From contig MU053629.1 of assembly GCA_013239625.1 (NCBI GenBank), positions 34,676 to 98,675 of the forward strand: a stretch of DNA of 64,000 nt, in the 5' to 3' direction. Position 1 is the first letter of the stretch, and each line of letters opens with the position of its first letter. This DNA is from Lama guanicoe. Taxonomy: Eukaryota. Shown in pieces: positions 52,178 through 63,905 of this stretch. The translations under genes were made by a program, and so were the position numbers. The notes beneath the pieces are model-generated. The model saw nothing but the letters and a program-made list of their open reading frames with translations. It was not told the DNA's origin and did no database searches.

Positions 52178-52926
52178 CTGCAAGGAAACAAAGAAGTTCT
52201 ATCACAGTGGGATTCTAGCAATAAATATTCCATTAAGGTTTCTCTCCTATATTAAATGAACTTGGTTCTGCTTAAAATAATTATAAAATACTCAAGTTCT
52301 AAAAGGTTTCAAATAGTGTTTTTCTTTATATATTCTATAGTTTGTATTTTCAATAGTGAGATCTATTACTTTTATAATTTAAAAGCAAGAAAAAACTCAC
52401 AATAGATCAAGCTAAGGACACTGAAACTCAGGGAAGTTAAACAATGTGTCTATGGCCCCACAGTTTAAGTAGCAGAATCAGGATCTGAACTGAGTTCTTT
52501 CTGATCCAAACACTGGGCTTTAACCAGTTCGATGCTATCCATGCACCCTGGCCCTCAGTCTCTGGGTCTCGAATTCCTCGTCTGTAAAACGGAAGGGAAG
52601 ATTAAGCCTCTATGTAGCCCCTTCGGGAGCCACTGAGAGGGGAGGAAGAGCTAAGAATAAACACAGGCCTTCTTCCCCTAATGCCTGCCTGAAGGCATCC
52701 CTCAGCACCACCAGAACGGGAACAAAACCAAACATTTTTAACAACAACAGTATTAACCATACTTATCTTACATAGCAGGCACCCACGTATGATTCAGTTT
52801 GACGAAAAGGACAAAAGTGGAGAAAAGGGCATGTAAATGACTGACAGATGGTCTCTAAGACTCCCCACTTAGCCCCAGAATTCTAAAACCCTCACTAATA
52901 AGAACCAACAAAAAAAGTCTCCATGC

Positions 52927-53092
52927 CTTTCTGTAGAGCTGAATTTTTTGGTTGCTTTCCAGTAGAAACTTGTGCTTCCTTGGTATCACCCACCAAGTTT
53001 TGGCCATCTGATGGAATAATGGTTGTCAGATAATTAATAGAAGAGAGAAGGGCTTGTGTATGCAGCAACAGATTTAAAGATGAAAAAGCCAC
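52927..53092 (-). CDS. VPS13C: VPS13C exon (7th; repeat A exon 5), 166 nt, phase 0->1, GC donor
   Basis: VAFSSLNLLLHTQALLSSINYLTTIIPSDGQNLVGDTKEAQVSTGKQPKNSALQK; the homologous donor position reads AAAG|gcatgg. Confidence 0.85.
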
Positions 53093-53615
53093 CTAGAAAC
53101 ATTTAAAAAAGAAAATCAGCTTCTCAGGCCAATTATACCGGCAGTCTCCACAATGGACCCAAAAGGCCCCTAACTAGCCTTGCATCACGGCCTGACATCA
53201 CTCAGAAGGAAGACAGAGGAGAGAAAGAGTCACAACCCGCAGTCGCTAAATAGGGATATATTTATACAAAGAGTAAATCACACCTACACACTTTGGGGGT
53301 TCATGTGAGTATGAAGGTAACCTACTTACTCCACTTTCCAAGCCTAATATCACGGAGCCTATAATCTGCTTGTCATGACCCTTCCAATATTCAAAATATA
53401 CAAGGTTTTGGGATCTTAAATGGACTATTTATTATGACTATATAAACCATGTAAGTTAGAAAATGAAACTCCAGAATCACCATGTATTACCACTGTGTCA
53501 AGAAATGATTTTAAATATGACATTTAAAATCATTTAGATCATTTAAATGTGATTTAAATGTGACTTCTAGAGTAGGATATTTTCAAATAGGATCTATTCT
53601 TTCAATAGAATTTAC

Positions 53616-53675
53616 CTTAAGTGTCTGTTCAGTTTTTTCAAAAGTAGTTTGAAAACTAGGTCCATTCTTATCAGC
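53616..53675 (-). CDS. VPS13C: VPS13C exon (6th; repeat A exon 4), 60 nt, phase 0->0
   Basis: ADKNGPSFQTTFEKTEQTLK. Confidence 0.93.
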
Positions 53676-54860
53676 CTAAAAAATAAACAAAAGTCTAAAG
53701 AAGGAATTAAGAACAAAGTAAATAAATCACTTACAATCATCAGGTGATTTATTTATATTTAGCTATAACTATATTATTAAATACATTATATACTTAAGTT
53801 TATTATCATTATTTTAAAGTTATATCCAAACCTATTTATTTATTATAATAGTACAAGTTTGTCCTCCTCTTCAAACAGAGGCAACATTCGCTTCTGGGAA
53901 ACTGTAGCTAGGAGTCAGAATGATAATTGTGAAAGTAAGAAGGTTTAAAGGTAATCCAGCCCATCTATCACCTAATGTTTGAACCCCTTTAGAAAGTCTT
54001 TAACAAGTCAATTTTAGGATATCTCCAGTGAAAGAAACTTCATTTTCTTAGAAATCCAAACTTTAGAGAACTTTCATTTAATGAGGTCTTTACACTGAAT
54101 CAAAAATCTATCTCCCATCATAATTAACAATTGGTTCAAGTTCTGTCCCTTGGAAAGATACATAGTAAATTCAAAGTTTGACCTCTTATGAAAAGCCTCT
54201 GGCTTGACCAATATCTCTGCCTCTCTGCTCCCATAATGCTTTGTGTTCTTTTTTGAGAATCAAACACATTATATTTTAATTGTTGTTTACTGTCTATCTC
54301 CCTAATAGTCTATAAGTTCCTTGAGAATGTTTTTCATCTCTGTATCCCAAGTGCCTAACAGAACCTGACACAGAAATATATTCCGTGAATAGTTGTTGAA
54401 TAATTAAACAAATCAACTGATCTTGAATGAAGCTACGTAAAACTGGCTCCCTCAGCATTCCTCATATACCATATTTTTGAGTCCCTCCCGAATCCTGGCA
54501 GTTCTCTACTGAACTAAATCCAATTTGACCTTATCCCTTTTGATGTAGGATATTCAGCCAAATGTCACCTATGCATACAAAGGATGTAGGTAGATGAATT
54601 TGCCCCAGAAGATACGAGCAGGCCCTACTTCATGCCAGGCTTCCATGGTGACAAGAAGTCTGGAGGCTCTGTAAAATCTTAGTCCTGTACTTAAGTGAAA
54701 GAGAATGAGGGTGTACAAATGGAAACAGAAATAGTGGACATCCCAAAGATTAAAATCCATGACACACAGCCAGACCCTTTAATAATCTACTGTCATATTT
54801 CTCCTTCCAGATGATAGTTTAGAGCATACAATAAATATATGAACAGCCTATGGCCCTTAC

Positions 54861-54940
54861 CTTAATGTACTCCACTTTTAAAAGATCTAATCCAGGTTTG
54901 TCAGAAGAGCTAATCAAGTGAAGGGGCTTCTTTTTGGATC
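54861..54940 (-). CDS. VPS13C: VPS13C exon (5th; repeat A exon 3), 80 nt, phase 1->0
   Basis: SKKKPLHLISSSDKPGLDLLKVEYIK. Confidence 0.93.
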
Positions 54941-56249
54941 CTAGATTAAAGAAAAAGAAAAAATGTTCCAAATAAATTGCTCTTTTTAAGTTTGGAATTT
55001 TCTACATGTCTTTTTCTTTTTTGAAAAAATTTTAAGCTTTAAAATACTACCTGCACATATTTTCATGGTTATTAAATATTAAGGTCATCACTGGTAAGGA
55101 AGTCAGTCAGTCCAAATCCTTACCTTACCTCTAGAATCCAGCTGACTTTAAACATGCATACTACATTTTCTTTGATTTTATATCTGTGCTCAAAAATAAT
55201 CAAAAATTCTCTGGATATTTTTAAGGCCATATGTGCACTCTGTAAGGCAGTAGAAAGACTACGGGTGTTAAGAATCAGGAAATATGAATTCTACTTCATC
55301 TCTCCTTTATCAAAAGCTATTTAACTTCAGGTGTCTCAACTAGGTAACAATGAGGTTGAGCTAGAAAAACGCGTTCTGCTGAGTTCTAAAATTTCATTCA
55401 TAGTAAAGAAATTTAAATAATTTTCCTCTGTTTAGATTTAGAGAAGGCTTACACAGAAGAGGAAAGATTTTCTTTTTAAGGGAAGGGGATTATTAAACTT
55501 CTTTCAATTTAAAAACAACAGGAACTACCAGATGTCCTCTATGCTATGTAGATGTACCAAGGCGCTGCCTCCAGAAACTGTGCAGGGAGAAGTAATTTAT
55601 CCACCCTTTTACTCATCTTTTATTATGTACAGTTTTGTAACCCGTTTCTGGACAACCCTGAATTTTCCATTGAAATAACCTTCTCTAAGGGAAAAAACAG
55701 CCTAGCAAATTTATCATTTCTACTTTTTCCCTTAGGACAGTAATGTAAACTCCATCCTAACACAGTGCTTACAGAAACTTACTAATGCATAAAAATTTTC
55801 CTCTAAGCTGAGGTTTGCTTTAGTTACAGCTGTTTTTAAAATAGCAAAAAAGAGGTCTTTTTATTTGACTAAAATATTAGGCAAACATTAGATAATTTCA
55901 ATTACTGAAAATTCACCCATTCCTTCATTTCTCAAATATCTAATGAGTACACAAGATGTATACTCAAATGAATAAACTGTAAGAGCTTCTGAAAGAATGA
56001 ATTTTATGCCCCACCATTTTTATTCTTATAATCTGATGCTGCTTGATATATGAACATTATTCAATCAAAAGAATAAGGACTTCAATCTTATAAGACTAGA
56101 GAGAAATTCTAGGTTTTGCTATTCATAAAATGCATGATGATCTTGAGTAAGCCACTTAATCTCTCTTTATCTAACCTTTCTTTGTTTGTAAAATGGGAAT
56201 ATGCCCTATATAAAGGGGATTTATATGGACTCTCTGAGGCTGTAGATCA

Positions 56250-56480
56250 CAGCAATTAAAATCACAGACCCTAGGGACAGATTTCTAGGGTTTTGATCAT
56301 GGTTCAGCCAGTAACTAGCAATGTGACTTTCGGTAAATTATGTCATCAATTTATGGCTTAGTTTCCTCTTTTGTAAATTGGAGGTAACAGCATTGCCTAT
56401 CTCACAGTATTGTTACAAGGATTAAATGAGTTGTTATTTATAAAATGTTTAGAACAGTGCTAGCTATTATTTATTATAAT
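56250..56480 (+). mobile_element. MIR SINE
   Basis: tgtgactttcggtaaatt...agtttcctcttttgtaaattggagg...ggattaaatgag...tagaacagtgc. Confidence 0.7.
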
Positions 56481-56569
56481 TATTATTATATAAGTGAAAA
56501 GTGTTTCAGACACTCAAAAGTGATACAAAATCTCTGATTGTTTATTATTTCTATTTTTATGGCTATTAC

Positions 56570-56723
56570 CTTGAATTTCATGGTAATCCAAACTGATTTT
56601 CTTTAAATAAGATACCGCAGTTAAATCAAACGTTCTCATTGTAGCCTCTGTTCCTAACTGAGTAACATTAAACACTAGAATTGTATCTTCTTCTTTCTGT
56701 TGTTTGGTAAATTCCAAAATCAC
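56570..56723 (-). CDS. VPS13C: VPS13C exon (4th; repeat A exon 2), 154 nt, phase 0->1
   Basis: VILEFTKQQKEEDTILVFNVTQLGTEATMRTFDLTAVSYLKKISLDYHEIQ. Confidence 0.95.
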
Positions 56724-57167
56724 CTGAAAGAATCAGGACAGCCAGTGAATGGTTGATAAGTATTTTAAAGCATACTTAAAATGGAAACACAATTTCTTTT
56801 TCATACATATCCACTACGGGAACAGTAAAAATTATGCTCATACTCCTCTATTACCATCTAGTGATTTACTAAGACTGGAAATTATCATCTTAAATTCTAT
56901 AACTGAGAATATAACTATCTAAAAATCTTGACGAAATTTTACATCCATTATTCACTTACTTTTTTAAATTCAGTAAAAATAATAATATATGGATTCTTCC
57001 TTAATATGATTTTCTAAAACTGTATCTCAAAACAAAAGTCATATCTGGTGATACAAGACGCATATCCATTAAAGTAAAAAAGTAAGACAAGGATGTTCAC
57101 TATTACACTACTATTCAATTATTGTGGAAACGATAGTATATTTAGGCAATGAAAAATAAACCATATA

Positions 57168-57700
57168 CGTGGCAATTTTCAAAACATGCAAGTTCTCTGA
57201 TCTCCATCAAGAGATGGCGGTCTCTGCCTGTCCCCCTTAGAATTTTGGCAGGGATGTGACTGCTTCAATCAGCAGAGTACAGAGGAACTGATACTATAAT
57301 GATTTCCAAAGTCAAAAAAGGACATGAAACTTCCACCTAGGATTTCTCATTCTGGAGGAAACTAGTTGCCATGTGAAAAGTTCAACTACCCGGAAGCTGC
57401 CATGCTCAGGAGGCCGTGAGTAGGCAGGCATTTTGTTCAACAGTCCCAGCTGAGCTCCCAGCCAACAGCCAGTATCAACCACCAGCTTCGTAACTGAGCC
57501 ACCTGTGGGGCCTTCTGAGGGTTCGCGTCCCTGCCGCTTCAGTCAGTTCTGACTGAACGCACATGAAAGACTATGCGCAAAAATTACAAAGCTGGGCCCT
57601 TCCAGAATCCCTAACCCACAAACCTGTTAGCAAAATAAAATAGTTACTTTGAGCTACTACATTTTGGAAAAACCTATGAGGCAGCCATAGTAACTGGAAT
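57168..57700 (+). mobile_element. MaLR (MLT1-type) solo LTR
   Basis: ccatcaagagatgg...gtgactgctt...cagtcccagctgagctcccagccaacagccagtatcaacc...aataaaa...gcagccatagtaactggaat. Confidence 0.7.
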
Positions 57701-58099
57701 AATGTAAATGCTGAAAAAAAGCAACGATTAATATTACTAGCAGTGATATAGTTACTTACTTAAGAAAAACCAGGAGTATCAATGGAAAAAAAGAAACAAT
57801 AAGACACTACAGTAAGATAGTTGGTACAGAACTGATACACAAAATTAAATTTCAAATAAATCAATGATTTAAATGAAAGCACTGAAATCATAAAATAAGT
57901 AAAATCATGGATAAGTATTTTTACAATGGAGGATAATCTTCTAAATATACACTAAAACTAGCATATAAAGAAAAAATTAGATATATTTCACTACAGAAAT
58001 ATGTAAGACTTTGGAATGGCAAAAAAGGCAAATTGGGAAAAATATTTCAAACAGCACTATGATTTTTCTCTTAGATGACTTTGACTATGTATCACTTCA

Positions 58100-58920
58100 G
58101 TTCATTCATTCAATATTCAATAAAATATTTATTGAGCATCATCTTCCATGTATGAAGAATGCCAGCCACTGAGGACATCAAAATGACCAGGACAGACAAG
58201 GTCCATATCCGGATGAAGCTTACATTCTAGTGAGGGCAGGAGAAAGCAAAAGTTGCCATCCTGTGTTGGGTGATCAGGCCTTGCCAGTAAGATGACATTT
58301 CCAAAGGAATTAAAGAATCAAGTCATGCAGGAAAAGAGCTTTCCAGACACAGGAAACAGCCAGCACAAAGAATGTGCTTTGGGTATATAAGGAAGAACAA
58401 AAGACAAGCGTAAGCTCCATTGGACTAGAACTTGGCTCACTGCTGTAGCTCTAGGATCTAAAATAATGCCTGGTACATGATGACGCTTGATACGTTTATC
58501 GGAGGAATGAATGAAATATGGCTGGAGCAGAATGAGTAAGGCAGAAGGGAACTGAAGATGAAGCCACAGAGTCATCTGGTGTGACCTGGAGGTCTTGTAA
58601 GGCCTTGCAGGCCATGGGAAGGACTTAGCCCTTTACTGAGAGCAAGTTGGGAAGACCGCGTAGGTCTATGAGCCAAGCAATGACGTCATCTGACTTTCCC
58701 TTTAAAAGGATCACTCTAGCTATCATGTGAAGTACCTGATGGAAGCAGAGAGAGACAGTTAAGAGGCTACTGCATTAGTTCAAGCAAGAGATGATGGTGA
58801 CTTTGACAGTGCAGTAGCAGTGAAAGGAGAGAGTAATCATCTGAATATATTCTGAAGTTAAAGTCCAGGGGTTTTCTGACATGTTACATGTGAGTATGAG
58901 AGAGAGAGAAATCAAAGAAG
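58100..58920 (-). mobile_element. Degenerate L2
   Basis: ttcattcattcaa...atttattgagca...gaagcttacattctagtg...aaggatcactctagct...caagcaagagatgatggtgactt. Confidence 0.7.
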
Positions 58921-59722
58921 GCTAAAGGTGGAGAAAGTATCTTTTTTTTTAAACAAATACAAGTAATACTTAGATTTGCATACACAAATACAATCTGGTA
59001 TTTCTGACATTATATTTTAGGACATGATGTCACATTGGGATATAAAACAGTCAACAAGAAATATCTCCTCTTTAAACCTTTTGTGTTTTATTTCAAAGTA
59101 ATGCATATTCATTTAAAATGTTGCTGAATACACAGAAAAGCAAACAGGCCAAAATGAAAAACTACAACCCCACCACACAGAGATAAACACTGTCATTTAT
59201 AAAAGAAAAACAAAGTGTGCGTGTGTATTTAATTTCTAAATGGAATCATAATGTCCTTGGAAATATTTTTCCAAATAAAGACATACTGTGAGCATCTCTC
59301 CATGTCAATGTTTTCTGTTACTATCACATGACTTCTAATGGCAGAAAAGCACATGCTGCAAATTTAGGTTGCTTACACTTTCCCAAATTATAAACAAGAC
59401 AATAAACACTATTTAGCTTAAAAGTTAAAAAAAATTAAAATAAACATGTCACAGAAATTTTCTATAGAAAAGAAAGTCCTAATTAAGAGTCTCAAGCTTT
59501 TTGAGAATAGATTAGCTATACTATAGGTCACACTTATGTCAGTTTTTACAAAATAACATTTCAGTTTCTTAGAACTGTGTGTGCGTGCGTGGATGTGGTG
59601 GGGGAGGCAGCAGGGAAGACAGAGTTTTAAGTATACTTAATGTCTGGGTCTACCATGAGATAGTTTATAAGGAAAGCAGTAACAAAAACATATCTATTTA
59701 TGGACAAAATAAATATAAATAC

Positions 59723-59865
59723 CTCTTTAATTTCAAACTTTAGTAGAAGATTAATGAGCTCCTCATTTGGGGCCTCGGGAACTTTTTTCAGCTCTGACCC
59801 TTTCATACTTATACTAGTCTGTGTGTCTCCTCCATCCTCAGCATCAAAATACTCATCATCAGACT
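59723..59865 (-). CDS. VPS13C: VPS13C exon (3rd; repeat A exon 1), 143 nt, phase 1->0; encodes the FFAT motif
   Basis: SDDEYFDAEDGGDTQTSISMKGSELKKVPEAPNEELINLLLKFEIKE. Confidence 0.95.
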
Positions 59866-60542
59866 CTAAAGGAAGAACATATTTGACTTAAGAGAATGCT
59901 CACTGAAAACTGCATAAAACACTCAAATCTCTCAAAAGTAAAATTCATTTGTTAGACATAACCTTTCTGTTCGGAATCAGAATATAGCCTCTTTCTAAGT
60001 CCCACAAAGTGACTCAATCTGGCATGTAATAATCATATATAAAATCAAACTGCCCTTCTACTTTTTCCTTCAATACTTCTGATAGTTTTCATTGAGTTTA
60101 TTCATTCAATTTTCAATAAAACACTTATTGGGTACCATCTATCACATATCGGTCTGCACCAGCCACTAAGGACACCATAATAACCAGGACAGACATTATC
60201 CTCCTCCTCATGAAGTTTATATTCTAGTTCAAAGTCAAAAAAAGATCAGTTAGACCAGAGATAGGAAAAACAATCAGGTACAGATCCAGGCGAAAAAAAG
60301 AAAAAAGTTTATTTATTATCTTAAATACTGTCAACCACAAAAATACTTTCACTCAAATGAAGAAACCTGGCCTTAAATAAAAATAAATGACTCAAAAGTC
60401 ACACTATTGGTTAGCAGCCCATCTAGAACTAAAACCAACAAATTACTATCACACTTTCAAAATTCCTTTATTTTCTGAAAATTTTATCTCTACAGACTAA
60501 TTTAGAGGTTTGGTTTAATACAGAACATTTTACTTTCCTTAC

Positions 60543-60621
60543 CTGATTCCACTCCGTCTAGCAACAATGGCGTACCAAGCAGGTCTTTTGTCCTAGCTGA
60601 TATAACAGGAATTGAGGACAC
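60543..60621 (-). CDS. VPS13C: VPS13C exon (2nd), 79 nt, phase 0->1
   Basis: VSSIPVISARTKDLLGTPLLLDGVES; G|gtaagg. Confidence 0.92.
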
Positions 60622-61382
60622 CTAGTAAGTAATACAAAAAGTTTTGTAAACATACTAATTTAGCGTGATTAAATGTACATAAATGAGAGAAATACTGAAA
60701 AAGTAACAGGACAGAGATGGAGAGACACATACACAGCACGCAAATCTTCCAACAAAGCACATTATGCCATCAACTAACGAATGACTGGCTGGAGTGTACT
60801 AATCATTAGGACGACCATCTGCGTTCGCAAGGGCAGAAGCACGTACAACTCGAGTAGGTAAGACTACTTATCACTGTGTGTCATTCAGGGTCTATCCCAA
60901 CATTAACTGTGTATCTGCTTGACAGGTTCCTAGAAAATGGTATCAGCGTTTGTAGGCTCTCTCAACTTTCATTTCAATTCTAATTAGACTGATCTAGAAC
61001 TTTAAGTCTAACATACAAGAAAATTTTATAACAATCATTTTCTTTTGCAACATTTTAAAAAAGATTTCCATACCTAGCTTCATTTAAAACACATTTCATA
61101 AATTTGAAAAATTTGCCTTACATTTATGTATTTTCATTTCTTTTGTTCCCTAAAATAGACTTTCTACCACCAATCTAAACATTAGGGACAAAAGGCTACA
61201 ATCTTTGTTTATTCAGTGCCATATGCAGTTCTGAACAGAATCAACCACAGTAAACCCCAAAAATGAAACTGGCCCTAAACAGTATTAAAAAACAAAACAG
61301 CTCACAAAAAGATGAAAAAAAAAAAAAACCTCCCCATATATACATATGTAAAGATTTTCAGCATTTTATTATATCCATTTAC

Positions 61383-61512
61383 CTGTTTCTCTGGAGACTG
61401 TGCAGGTGATTTCTGTGGCAAGGGTATACTATTAATCAAACACAGCACATCTTTCATCTTCTGGTCAGAAATCCTCACGTGCATCAGAGGAAGCCCTCCT
61501 GATACTTTAAAT
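61383..61512 (-). CDS. VPS13C: VPS13C exon (1st in window), 130 nt, phase 2->0
   Basis: FKVSGGLPLMHVRISDQKMKDVLCLINSIPLPQKSPAQSPEKQ. Confidence 0.95.
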
Positions 61513-61680
61513 CTAAAAACATAATTCACCTGTAAGATTTTAAGGTCCAGTTTCTTTAAATTACAGAGCAGGAAAGCGAATGGAGAAGAGACTACACTGT
61601 GGAGACAAAGTTACTTTGGACATGTTTTAAACCAATTACATCAATGGGAAGTTCTACATAAGCCAAGTTTTGTATTCTTC

Positions 61681-61813
61681 TTTTTTTTTTTAATTCTTTT
61701 TTTTAAGGTTTTTTGTTTGTTTTCTGGTGGGGAGAGGTAACTGGGTTTCTTTCTTTCTTATTTTTAGAGGAAGTACAGAAGATTGAAGATTGAAGATTGA
61801 AACTGGGACCTCG
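61681..61813 (-). mobile_element. Vic-1-like SINE 3' fragment with internal (GAAGATT)3 expansion
   Basis: T-tail, ggggagaggtaactgggttt, then gaggaagtaca...gattgaaactgggacctcg, which matches the reverse complement of the SINE 3' half. Confidence 0.65.
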
Positions 61814-62479
61814 TTTTGAATTCTTCTTAAGCAGTCAAATCTTAAGTTATTTAATTTTTAGAAAGATATTTTCAAACACAAACTATGTTTTAAAATCAAA
61901 ATTGCTATACATACTTTATTTCCTGGTGTCAAAGACTCCCCGTTATAAACATGAAAGAGTATCCACGCCATCACTCATCCCCTCACCTTCTTTCATTGCC
62001 TGTTACAGCATTTGACAGTACCTAATACAGCATACGTATACTTGCTCATTTTACGTCTCCTCTGGTTAAAATATAAGCTCCATGAGGAGGACATCTGTTT
62101 TACTGACTGCTGTGCTTTCATCAGATGCTTACTTTTCAGCATCTGCTTCCCTATTCCACTTAACTACCTGGGTTTGCTTGTCTCAATAACTTTATGGTAG
62201 CTATTTGCTGCCCATAAAGCTCCTTCAGGTTGTTTATCTCTGACTTCCTAACTAAACTATGAACAGAAAAGATCAAGCTGACAGATGCCTAACCACTAAA
62301 CAAAGAATGATGTTTCTGTATGACGCACAACCCACTAACGTTCAAAAGAGGACGGCTGGCTGTTCCTACCTCAAAAGAATGAACTTTCTGCAAAAGTACT
62401 GTGTAAATTGAAAATCATCATAAAAATGTAAGATGCTTCTTTATTGTTTCTGAAACATTACACAAAATTAAAAGCATCC

Positions 62480-63905
62480 CCAACAGAGGCACTGGATAAA
62501 CCCTCCTACTCAAAATAACTTAAAAACTGGACAAAATATGTGAAACAGCTTTCTCAAAGACACTGGACATCAGTTAACAAAGGAAAGTAGAAAGATGGGA
62601 AACAAATGATTGAAGTCCTACAAACACCCAGCTTACTGATTGAAGAGTTTCAAAATGCATAGGGCACAAGAAAGCAGCATTTCAAGGGAAATTTACAGCA
62701 CTGAATGTCTAAATTAGAAAAGAAGGAAGGTCTCAAATCAATAGTCTCATCTTCCACTTTAAGAAACTAACAAAGTAAAGCAAATGAAACCCAAAGTAAG
62801 CAAAACAAAAAAGCAATAATATATGTGAGAGTAGAAATTGGCAAAATAAAAAACAGAAATAGAGAAAATAATTGAACCCAAAAGCTTATTCTTTCAGAAG
62901 ATCAGCAAAATTGATAAACCTCTAGCCAGACTGATCAGCAAAAAAAAAAAAAAAGAGAGAGAGAAAAGGCACAAGTTACTAGTATCAGGAGTGAGAAACA
63001 GCGTAACTATAAATTCTACATGTATTGAAAAGGTCAGATGGAAGCACTGCGAACACTTTAATGACAATAAATTCAACAACTAATATATGACAGACAAACT
63101 TCTTTGCACAGCAAACTACCAAAGATCACTCAAAAACAGAAACAGTAAGTAATCTGAACAGCCCTATTATCTATTAAAGAAACTGAATTTGAGTTACAGG
63201 AATTTCATTTACAGTTAAAAACCCTCCCCTAAAAAGAAGACTCCAGGCCCAGATGGCTTCACTGGTGAATTCTACCAAATACATAAAGAAGAAAAAGAAA
63301 GAAGTCTATACATCTTCCTTTCAAGAAGCCTGTATTACCCTGACACACTGATGCCAAAAAAAGAAAATATAAGCACAGATCAATAAGCCTCATAAACAGA
63401 GATGTAAGTTTTTAAAACTTCATAACAAAATTTAAGTAAACCAAATCCAATATTTTAAAAGAAAAATTCATTATTACCAAATGAGGTTTATCTAATAATG
63501 TATGGTAGGTTTAACATCCCACTGGAAGAGTATCACGAACTACTGATACACACAACACAAATGAATCTCCAATTAATTATGCTGAATGAAAGTAGCCAAA
63601 CCAAAAAAAAAAAAAGTTGAAACTATGATTTTATTTGTATAAAATTCCAGAAAATTCTAACAAACTCATAGTGTCAGAAAGCAGATCAATGTTGCCTGGA
63701 GATTGAGGGGAGAGGAATCAGCAGGCAGAGGTAGGTACGAGGGACTACACAGGGGCACAGGAACCCTTGGGGATGGAGATGTGTTCATTATCTTGACTGT
63801 AGTGGTGGTTGCAGAGATAAACACTTATGTCAACTCTTACCAAAATGTACACTTAAAACAGCTGTAGCTTACTGAATGCCAGTAATACTTCAATAAGGCT
63901 GTTTT
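62480..63905 (+). mobile_element. Old fragmented L1M (ORF2 pieces and 3'UTR)
   Basis: aaggtctcaaatcaata, aaaattgataaacctctagccagactgatc, ctccaggcccagatggcttcactggtgaattctaccaaa, gaaagcagatcaatgttgcctgg. Confidence 0.8.

Larger units (their letters stand above)
2407..61512 (-). pseudogene. VPS13C: VPS13C locus (partial: 42 internal exons); reading frame disrupted in this assembly (candidate pseudogene or truncated gene)
   Basis: Spliced translation matches recalled human VPS13C (e.g. FKVSGGLPLMHVRISDQKMKD, SDDEYFDAEDG, YPDATEG twice, SPYWLINKT, WVSFLDGRQRV). Gene identity is near certain. The pseudogene label rests on 2 frameshifts, 1 stop, 1 missing exon and 1 GC donor, and is less certain. 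Confidence 0.6.
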
